Positions 40,269 to 48,040 of a stretch of DNA of 64,000 nucleotides are shown piece after piece (the stretch's first letter is position 1; every line of letters begins with the position of its first letter). This DNA is from Alphaproteobacteria bacterium (lineage in GTDB: Bacteria > Pseudomonadota > Alphaproteobacteria > CAAGCB01 > CAG-977), in the NCBI GenBank assembly GCA_024407875.1, contig JAKSVT010000007.1, positions 1,392-65,391 on the forward strand, written 5' to 3'. Under the pieces are notes generated by a model. That model was not told the origin of the DNA. It saw only the letters and a list, made by a program, of their open reading frames with translations, and made no database searches. Made by a program: the position numbers and the translations under genes.

Positions 40269-40327
40269 CCTTTGCTAGATAAGATCGTTTATAACGAAAA
40301 TTTCTAGCAAAGGATTTTTTTGTTTTT
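40269..40327 (+). terminator. Rho-independent terminator/attenuator after tssC
   Basis: An 11-bp perfect stem CCTTTGCTAGA (40269-40279) / TCTAGCAAAGG (40303-40313) followed by ATTTTTTTGTTTTT. Confidence 0.5.
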
Positions 40328-40362
40328 ATGTTTTGTTGTATAGGATTTTTTGTTCCTAATTC

Positions 40363-40890
40363 TTGTTTATTAAAGGGGTTTTTATGAATAATCAGTTTTT
40401 GAAAAATAAACAAGAAGCTTTGTATCTACCGTGCCTACTTCACAGATTAACAGATTTAAATCCTGAAGAAAAAAAAGAAAATGTATTACCAGGTGTTTAT
40501 ATCAGCAATTTAAAAAAAGATATTTTTGAAAATATTGAGATGATATTAAATTCTAAAACTCATCCTCAAGATGCTGATGTAAATAATATATCTGAAATTG
40601 AAAACAGTGTTTTGTTTTATGGCCTTAAAGATTGTTGTGGAAAATCTTATTCTAAAGATAGTTCTGAAAAAATTAGAGATGAGATTGAGCTTCAAATTAA
40701 ATTGTTTGAACCTCGTATAAATCCAGATACTTTAAATGTAGAGATCGTTGAAAATAAAGAGGCAGAAAAACCTTTTTTAATGTTTAGTATTTCAGGAAAT
40801 GTTGAGGTCGGAGAACTTTCTGAAGAAATAGTATTTTTATCTAAATTAAATTTAGAAACCGGTGAAACAAATATAAAATTTAAAGATTAA
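40363..40890 (+). CDS. tssE: Type VI secretion baseplate protein TssE (gp25/GPW-like)
   Basis: LLHRLTDLNPEE corresponds to the LLDRLTD signature of TssE/gp25 lysozyme-like proteins. Size and position (before tssF) fit. Confidence 0.6.
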   Translation: MFIKGVFMNNQFLKNKQEALYLPCLLHRLTDLNPEEKKENVLPGVYISNLKKDIFENIEMILNSKTHPQDADVNNISEIENSVLFYGLKDCCGKSYSKDSSEKIRDEIELQIKLFEPRINPDTLNVEIVENKEAEKPFLMFSISGNVEVGELSEEIVFLSKLNLETGETNIKFKD

Positions 40891-40903
40891 GTGGGGATGT
40901 AAT

Positions 40904-42703
40904 ATGGATTTTCTTGAATATTATCGTGAAAATCTTAGTTATTTGAGAACATTAGGCGCTGAATTTGCAAATGAATTTCCGAAAATTGCAAATAGATTGA
41001 ATATTAATCAATTTGATTGTGCTGATCCGTATGTAGAAAGACTTCTTGAAGGAACAGCTTTCTTGTCTGCTCGTGTTGAAAAAAAATTAGATGATGGCCA
41101 TAAGAGATTTTTAGAATCTATCTTATCAACAACATCTCCAGATGTTTTATGTCCTGTTGTTTCCGGTGCTGTTTTCGAATTAGAACCTAATTCAATTCAA
41201 GAAAAGAAAGATTTTATCGTAAAATCAGAAACAAAAATCAATGTTAAAATTCCAAAAATTAGTACGCCATGTACGTTCTCAACTATTTGGGATACAAACT
41301 TAATAGCCGCAACAGTTTCAAATGCAGAATATATAACAAGGGATTTAGCGGATTATAATTTAGATGAACAATGTGAGGCAGCTTTACATTTTACTTTAAG
41401 TCCAATTAAAGATAAAGGTAAAGGCCGTTTAATTTATGATAAACTTCATTTGTATTTTAATTCTTCAGATGTTGTAGCTTCAACGTTGTTACGTCAATGC
41501 CAGACTGATTTTGTCGGTGTTTATATTTCTAATGATGGAAAAAATTTTGTAAATTTAAATGATGTAAAAATTAAAGTTCCTGCTGCTGATCTAGATTCTA
41601 CAATATTTTCTATATATAAAGGAAATGCAAAAGGGCTAAGAGTTTTACAAAACTATATGTTGTATCCTTCATTTTTTAAATTTATTAGTCTTGAATGTGA
41701 TACTTTTTCTTGGGCTATAGAAAATAATACATTAGATGTTTTGATAACATTTAACCGAAGAGAAAATGAATTAATTAATGAAATTCGTAGTGATAGCGTA
41801 AAAGTAAATTGTGTTCCTACTCTTAATCTATTTAAAAAACGTTCAGATAGAATTGTCCTTGATAAAGATTCTTACGAATTGCATGTATTTCCAGAAAAAA
41901 TGAGGGCTCGAGATTTCGAAATCATTTACATTTATAAAATGGAATTTTATAACGAATTAAATGAAGAATTGTTTGATGCTTCTAGCTTTTATGATGAACA
42001 TTTAAAAGAAAAAGATAAGAGAAATTTTTATAGTATTCATAGAAGAAGAAGTTTGTTTGATAAAAAGGCTACTTTAAGATCTTCTTATTCTGGTACAGAA
42101 GTCTTTGCTTCGGTATCAGGTAATGCTGTGGATATGCAACCTATTAATCAATATCTTGCAGATATGGTTTGCTCAAATAGAGATTTGCCTTTATTAGTCA
42201 CAAATACTTCTGAAATTGAAATAAATGAAAAAAATATAAATTCAGCAAAATTTGTTTCGATGCCTACAAGACCTAATTATCCTTTAATTGATAGTGGTAA
42301 AGAAAATGATTGGGTTAAAGTTTCTCATGTTATGATGAATATTTCTAGCATAATGTGGGAGAATGGAACACTACCTTTAAGTATATTTAAGGATATTATT
42401 AAAAATTATAACTCACGTTCTGTAGATGAATTGGCACGCTTGTTAGAGGGTATTGTTGATTTGCATGGAGAACCTACAACATTTAGATTTATAAAAAATG
42501 GAAATGTATTCTTTGAAACTGGTTGGAAAATAAGTTTTACTTTAAATGAAAATTCTTATGCAGGCTTAGGCTTTTATACTTTTGGTGTGATTATAGCTGA
42601 AATGCTTAAATCTTTTTCTTCTTTGAATGCATTGGTAGAGATTGAATTTTTAACACAACAATCTGGATTAATTAAAACATGGCGGACATCGGAAAATATA
42701 TAA
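40904..42703 (+). CDS. tssF: Type VI secretion baseplate protein TssF
   Basis: N-terminus MDFLEYYRENLSYLRTLGAEFANEFPKIANRL matches the conserved TssF start. About 600 aa. Confidence 0.85.
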   Translation: MDFLEYYRENLSYLRTLGAEFANEFPKIANRLNINQFDCADPYVERLLEGTAFLSARVEKKLDDGHKRFLESILSTTSPDVLCPVVSGAVFELEPNSIQEKKDFIVKSETKINVKIPKISTPCTFSTIWDTNLIAATVSNAEYITRDLADYNLDEQCEAALHFTLSPIKDKGKGRLIYDKLHLYFNSSDVVASTLLRQCQTDFVGVYISNDGKNFVNLNDVKIKVPAADLDSTIFSIYKGNAKGLRVLQNYMLYPSFFKFISLECDTFSWAIENNTLDVLITFNRRENELINEIRSDSVKVNCVPTLNLFKKRSDRIVLDKDSYELHVFPEKMRARDFEIIYIYKMEFYNELNEELFDASSFYDEHLKEKDKRNFYSIHRRRSLFDKKATLRSSYSGTEVFASVSGNAVDMQPINQYLADMVCSNRDLPLLVTNTSEIEINEKNINSAKFVSMPTRPNYPLIDSGKENDWVKVSHVMMNISSIMWENGTLPLSIFKDIIKNYNSRSVDELARLLEGIVDLHGEPTTFRFIKNGNVFFETGWKISFTLNENSYAGLGFYTFGVIIAEMLKSFSSLNALVEIEFLTQQSGLIKTWRTSENI

Positions 42704-43749
42704 AAGTTGTATCCCGTAAATTAAAACAGGGAATTTCCGAACCAGATTTTTTTGAATTGGTTCGTCGGTTTGAGCAAAATTATAAAGATTTGCCAAGAAT
42801 AGGTTGTGCAAAAAGACCAACACAAGAAAAAATAAGGTTTGGTCAAGCTCCTTTTTTGAATTTCCCAGCTAATAATATATCGGAAATACGTACAGATAAA
42901 GGTTATTGTGATGCAATTATAATGACTTATTTCTTTGGTTTGTTAGGTGTTAATGGACCTATGCCATTAGAATTTACGAACTATGTATTTCAAAGATCTC
43001 ATAATTTTTATGATCAAACATGGCGTAGATTTTTGGATATAATTCATCATAGAATGATAACTTTGTTCTACTATGCTTGGGCAAAGAATGAACAAGCAGT
43101 AAGCTTTGATAGAAAAGACGATGATTTAATAACAACAATAATTAAATCGTTGGCTGGCGTTAGTTCTAAAAATGAAGACGTAAATGATGATTTATATTAT
43201 TTAAGTGCAGGAAATTGCAATTTTTTTGGTTCTTTTATTAAAAGTAAAACAGGTCTTGAACAAGTATTAAGAGGATTTTTTCATTCTGATATAAGAGTAA
43301 AAGAATTTGTTCCTTTTATGTACCCAATTCCAGAACAACATAGATGTAAATTAGGAAATTTTGAGACATCAATATTAGGAAACAATATCCAAATTGGTCG
43401 CTCTTATATGACTATTTCTAAGAAATTTAAAATTTTTATAGGCCCTTGTGATTTTAATTTTTCAAAAGATTTTATGCCAGGGTTTAAAAAGTTTGAATTG
43501 TTAATAAGAATAATAAATAAATATTTAAGCCGACCTTATGATTACGATATAGATTTAGAAATAAATTCAAAGACTTTACCTAAAGCAAAATTAGGTGATG
43601 TAAATGCTTCAACTTTAGGTTATAATTGTTGGCTAGGAAAAATTGATACAAATAAAAATGTAAATTTAAATATTGATGCAGGAAGAATTGCTTTAAAACA
43701 ACATATGGCATCAATTAAACATAAAAGGAGTATGAAATGGGCAAGTTAA
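42679..43749 (+). CDS. tssG: Type VI secretion baseplate protein TssG
   Basis: EPDFFELVRRFEQ matches the TssG N-terminal FDFFQAVRLLE signature. Overlaps tssF. Confidence 0.8.
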   Translation: MADIGKYIKVVSRKLKQGISEPDFFELVRRFEQNYKDLPRIGCAKRPTQEKIRFGQAPFLNFPANNISEIRTDKGYCDAIIMTYFFGLLGVNGPMPLEFTNYVFQRSHNFYDQTWRRFLDIIHHRMITLFYYAWAKNEQAVSFDRKDDDLITTIIKSLAGVSSKNEDVNDDLYYLSAGNCNFFGSFIKSKTGLEQVLRGFFHSDIRVKEFVPFMYPIPEQHRCKLGNFETSILGNNIQIGRSYMTISKKFKIFIGPCDFNFSKDFMPGFKKFELLIRIINKYLSRPYDYDIDLEINSKTLPKAKLGDVNASTLGYNCWLGKIDTNKNVNLNIDAGRIALKQHMASIKHKRSMKWAS

Positions 43750-46385
43750 AACGTGTTCAAATGTTTGCAAAGTTAAACGCTGTTGCTTATAAGGCTATTG
43801 AAAGCGCTACGATTTTATGCAAAACAAGAGGAAACCCTTATGTAGAATGTGTTCATTGGGTTAACCAAATTATAATGGGTGATAATAATGATTTTCATGC
43901 CATTATTAAATATTTTGCTTTGGATGAAGCTAAATTGGCAAAAGATTTGACAAGAGCCATGGATGCTTTACCTCGTGGAGCAACATCAATTTCTGATTTT
44001 TCAAGTACAATTGAACATGTTATCAAAGAAGCTTGGATGACAACATCTTTGGTATTTAGTGAAGGAGCTATCCGTACAGGACACGTTATGTGTGCAATGA
44101 AATCTAATCAAGATATTGCACGTTTGCTTCATGAAATGAGTGATGAATTTGTTAAAATTAATGGCGATTTATTAGTTGAAAAATTCAAAGAAATTGTAAA
44201 AGATTCTTCTGAACAATCTGTTGTTGTATCAGGCGGAGATTCTGCTGCTACAGGCCAAGCTGGTCAATTAATGGGTAATGCTCAAATGGGTAAGGGTGAA
44301 GCGTTAAAACTTTACACTGTTGATATGACAGAACAAGCTAAGTCTGGAAAATCTGATCCTATTGTTGGTAGAGATGCTGAAATTCGTAAGATTATTGATA
44401 TCTTAATGCGCCGTCGCCAAAACAATCCAATTTTAACAGGTGATGCTGGCGTTGGTAAAACTGCCGTTGTAGAAGGATTTGCTCAACGTTTAGCTGCTGG
44501 CGATGTTCCTGATTGCTTAAAGGGTACAATTTTAAGATCATTAGATATTGGCTTGCTTCAAGCTGGTGCAAGTATGAAAGGTGAGTTTGAAAATCGTTTA
44601 AAACAAGTAATTGAAGAAGTACAATCTTCAGAAACACCAATTATTTTGTTTATTGATGAAGCTCATACTTTGATTGGTGCTGGTGGCCAAGCTGGTCAAA
44701 ATGATGCTGCTAATTTGTTAAAGCCTGCTTTAGCTCGTGGTCAATTGCGTTGTATTGCAGCAACAACTTGGGCTGAGTATGTAAAATATTTTGAAAAAGA
44801 CCCTGCATTAACACGTAGATTCCAAAATATTTTGGTGGATGAACCTGATGATGATAAAGCTACTCAAATGATGAGAGGTATTTCTGGAGCTTTAGAAAAA
44901 CATCACAAGGTATTGATTTTAGATGAAGCTTTATCTTCAGCTGTTAAATTATCTCGTAGATATATTCCAGCTCGTCAATTGCCTGACAAAGCTGTAAGTA
45001 TTTTGGATACTGCTTGCGCAAGAGTTGCTTTGTCTCAAAATTCAGATCCTGCAGAATTAGAATTCTGTAAACGTAAAATACAGGCTTTAGAGTTAGAACA
45101 AGAAATTTTAAATCGTGAACAAACAGAAGGTTGTAATCATGAAGAAAAGTTAGCATCTATTAAAGCTGAAATAGAAAAGCAAAATGTTAAAAAAGAAGAA
45201 TTAGAAAAACGTTTAGATGCTGAAAAGAAACTTGTTGAAGAATGTCGTAAATTACGTGATGATTTAAGAGAAAAAGGTTCTTCTGACGAAACAATTCGTG
45301 AAAAATTGTTAGAAAAACAAAAAGAATTGGCAACATTACAAGGTGAAGATCCTTTAGTATTGCCACAAGTTGATACTCAAGCTGTTTCAACAATTATTTC
45401 TGAATGGACAGGTATTCCATTAGGAAGAATGGTTAAGAATGAAATTCAGTCGGTATTGAATTTAGGCGATGAAATGAACAAACGTGTTATCGGACAAAAA
45501 CACGGTTTGGATTTGATAGCACGTCGTGTTATGACTGCAAGAGCATCATTAGCAGATCCTAATAGACCTATTGCTGTTATTATGTTAGCCGGACCAAGTG
45601 GTGTTGGTAAAACAGAAACAGCTTTAGCTCTTGCTGAACAAATGTACGGTTCTGAACAAAATATTGTAACGATTAATATGTCAGAATTCCAAGAAGCTCA
45701 TACTGTATCAACATTGAAAGGAGCTCCTCCGGGATATGTAGGATATGGTGAAGGTGGCGTTTTAACAGAAGCTGTTAGACGTAAGCCTTACAGTGTTGTT
45801 TTATTGGATGAAGTTGAAAAAGCTCATCCTGATGTTCATGAAATATTCTTCCAAGTATTTGATAAAGGTCAAATGGAAGACGGAGCAGGGCGTTTAATTA
45901 ACTTCAGAAACACAGTTATTATTTTAACAACAAATGTTGGTGATAATGCTATTTGTGATTTGTGTGAAGATGAAGATAATTTGCCTGATATGTCAGTATT
46001 AGAAGAAGCTGTAAGACCTGCTATGATGAAGGTTTTCCCAGCTGCTTTGTTAGGACGTATTTCTATAGTTCCTTATTATCCTTTAGGCAAAAAAGCTTTA
46101 TATTCAATTATTGATTTGAAATTAGCTAAAGTTCAAAAGAGAGTTAAAGAAAATTATCATGCTGAATTAACTTATACAGATAATGTAAGAAATGAAATTA
46201 TTAGACGTTGTAATAATGTTGCTTCAGGTGCTCGTTTGATTGATGCTATAATCAATAATGACTTATTGCCAGAGATTTCAGCTTCATTTTTACGCAATAC
46301 AATGGAAGGTCATGTTATGAAAAAAGCCATTGTTGATGCTAAGGATGAAAATTTCACTTATAGCTTTGAAAATAAGGATGAGTAA
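43737..46385 (+). CDS. clpV: Type VI secretion ATPase ClpV/TssH (AAA+ ClpB-like)
   Basis: Clp N-domain. Two AAA+ modules (GDAGVGKTAVVEG and GPSGVGKTETALALAE Walker A motifs), middle coiled-coil, VVLLDEVEKAHPDV Walker B. No ClpP-binding loop is evident. Confidence 0.92.
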   Translation: MGKLKRVQMFAKLNAVAYKAIESATILCKTRGNPYVECVHWVNQIIMGDNNDFHAIIKYFALDEAKLAKDLTRAMDALPRGATSISDFSSTIEHVIKEAWMTTSLVFSEGAIRTGHVMCAMKSNQDIARLLHEMSDEFVKINGDLLVEKFKEIVKDSSEQSVVVSGGDSAATGQAGQLMGNAQMGKGEALKLYTVDMTEQAKSGKSDPIVGRDAEIRKIIDILMRRRQNNPILTGDAGVGKTAVVEGFAQRLAAGDVPDCLKGTILRSLDIGLLQAGASMKGEFENRLKQVIEEVQSSETPIILFIDEAHTLIGAGGQAGQNDAANLLKPALARGQLRCIAATTWAEYVKYFEKDPALTRRFQNILVDEPDDDKATQMMRGISGALEKHHKVLILDEALSSAVKLSRRYIPARQLPDKAVSILDTACARVALSQNSDPAELEFCKRKIQALELEQEILNREQTEGCNHEEKLASIKAEIEKQNVKKEELEKRLDAEKKLVEECRKLRDDLREKGSSDETIREKLLEKQKELATLQGEDPLVLPQVDTQAVSTIISEWTGIPLGRMVKNEIQSVLNLGDEMNKRVIGQKHGLDLIARRVMTARASLADPNRPIAVIMLAGPSGVGKTETALALAEQMYGSEQNIVTINMSEFQEAHTVSTLKGAPPGYVGYGEGGVLTEAVRRKPYSVVLLDEVEKAHPDVHEIFFQVFDKGQMEDGAGRLINFRNTVIILTTNVGDNAICDLCEDEDNLPDMSVLEEAVRPAMMKVFPAALLGRISIVPYYPLGKKALYSIIDLKLAKVQKRVKENYHAELTYTDNVRNEIIRRCNNVASGARLIDAIINNDLLPEISASFLRNTMEGHVMKKAIVDAKDENFTYSFENKDE

Positions 46386-46476
46386 TTTTTTTATGTATTA
46401 TTGTAACCTTATTAAACTAAAAACGTTTAATTGGTAGAATAATATATAACAAACTCTATAAATAAGGAGATGTGAT

Positions 46477-46770
46477 ATGCCAACACCAGTTGCTACTATT
46501 GCTAATTTAACAGCTACAGGAGATGTAATCGTCGGACCAGGTGGAATTACTACAATGGTTAAAGGATTGCCTGTTGCTTGTATGGGAGATGCTGTTACTG
46601 GACCTATGTGTATAGGAGCAATTACGATGACTACTGCCTTAAACAAATTAGCAAAAGGTCGTCCAATTGCAAATTTAGGTTCTATGGTTACAGGTATAAA
46701 TCCTGCTGCTTTTGGAGCTCCAATGGCTACGGCAGTTGCTGTTTGTCCTAATGTTAATGAGATTGTTTAA
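46477..46770 (+). CDS. PAAR-like spike-tip protein (97 aa), atypical
   Basis: Three P-x-A/C-x-x-G repeats (LPVACMGD, GPMCIGA, RPIANLGS) in a small hydrophobic beta-rich protein, located between clpV and vgrG. Confidence 0.5.
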   Translation: MPTPVATIANLTATGDVIVGPGGITTMVKGLPVACMGDAVTGPMCIGAITMTTALNKLAKGRPIANLGSMVTGINPAAFGAPMATAVAVCPNVNEIV

Positions 46771-46831
46771 TTTTTATTCGGATAAAGCGTTATTAAAGTA
46801 GAAAGATAAAAATAATATAAGGAATAAAAAA

Positions 46832-48028
46832 ATGAACTCAAATGAAAATGAATTATTAAAATTATCTTTTGTTGATAAAAAATTAGAAGATTTTTATTTA
46901 TATAATATCGACTTAGAGGAAAACCTTAGTTTTGATTATAAAGCTACTTGTATCGCTTTGTCTGAAAAGCCTCATACAGTTGAGGAATTAAAAGAAGTTC
47001 TTGGATTTAAAGCAGACATACAAATTATTCAATTTGATGAACGTCAAAATTCAAGAAAAAGATATTTATCAGGTGTTGTCACATCAATTGAACATTTAGG
47101 ACTTTTCTGCAGATTAGAAAAATCTGAGGTTTTTGCATATAAATTTACTGTTGAACCTCAAGTTGCTGTTCTTAAAAATGTTATAAAGCTACAAGCTTAT
47201 AACAATACTAATGTTTATGATGTTATTAATGAAGTTTCTCAACAATATGGGTTAGGCTTTATTTTAAACGAAAATTATATTTTAAAAGATGATTACATTC
47301 CTAAATGTAATTATAATCAAAATGAAGTATCAACATACCATTTCTTAAAAGAAATTTTTGAAATGTATGGCCTATCTTTATGCTATAATCATTCTAAAGA
47401 TGCTACTCAAGTATTTGTTACAAATGGAAACAAGGTTCCAGTAGCTTCTGCTCTTGAGTTTTCTAAGGGTAAAGATGACGTTGAAAAACCTTATAATATT
47501 GATTTATACAAGTATAAAAATGATGATGATGCTAATTTGTTGCATATGGATCAATGGAATATGAAAACTTCACTTGGAGTTGATGGTGTACGTTTGTTAG
47601 AAACATATCCTAATTCGAATGTAAGTGGAGAAGAATGGAAAACAAAAGGCTTTGAGGATAAGAAAAGATTTGTTGAATATACAAGACATTTCCATATGTA
47701 TGCCTATGGATGCACCAAAGAAGAAGTTGATAAAGATGTAAAAACTATATTAGAAGCTCAACAAAGAAGAAATGATATTAATAAAGATTTGTGGCAAGGA
47801 AAAGCTTCAAATATAATGTTAATGCCTGGTAGATTAATAAAAGTATTTCATGCTTATTCCAATAAAGACAATAGTGCTTTATTTGCTCTGATTAATAAAA
47901 CACATTTAAATGTTTATGCTAGATTCCCAACTAATTTAGCTCAATTGGTAGATCTAGAAAAATCAAATAAATTTGAAGTAAGCATTGAAGCAATGAATTA
48001 TAGTGAAGAAAAGAGATTTGTTGGATAG
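46832..48028 (+). CDS. vgrG: VgrG N-terminal half (gp27-like hub domain) encoded as a separate ORF (398 aa)
   Basis: VgrG/gp27-like blocks (RYLSGVVTSIEHLG, VYDVINEVSQQYGLGFI). Ends with tandem TAG TAG stops (48026-48031) in the same frame as the downstream gp5-like ORF. Confidence 0.7.
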   Translation: MNSNENELLKLSFVDKKLEDFYLYNIDLEENLSFDYKATCIALSEKPHTVEELKEVLGFKADIQIIQFDERQNSRKRYLSGVVTSIEHLGLFCRLEKSEVFAYKFTVEPQVAVLKNVIKLQAYNNTNVYDVINEVSQQYGLGFILNENYILKDDYIPKCNYNQNEVSTYHFLKEIFEMYGLSLCYNHSKDATQVFVTNGNKVPVASALEFSKGKDDVEKPYNIDLYKYKNDDDANLLHMDQWNMKTSLGVDGVRLLETYPNSNVSGEEWKTKGFEDKKRFVEYTRHFHMYAYGCTKEEVDKDVKTILEAQQRRNDINKDLWQGKASNIMLMPGRLIKVFHAYSNKDNSALFALINKTHLNVYARFPTNLAQLVDLEKSNKFEVSIEAMNYSEEKRFVG

Positions 48029-48040
48029 TAGGAGTTTTTC

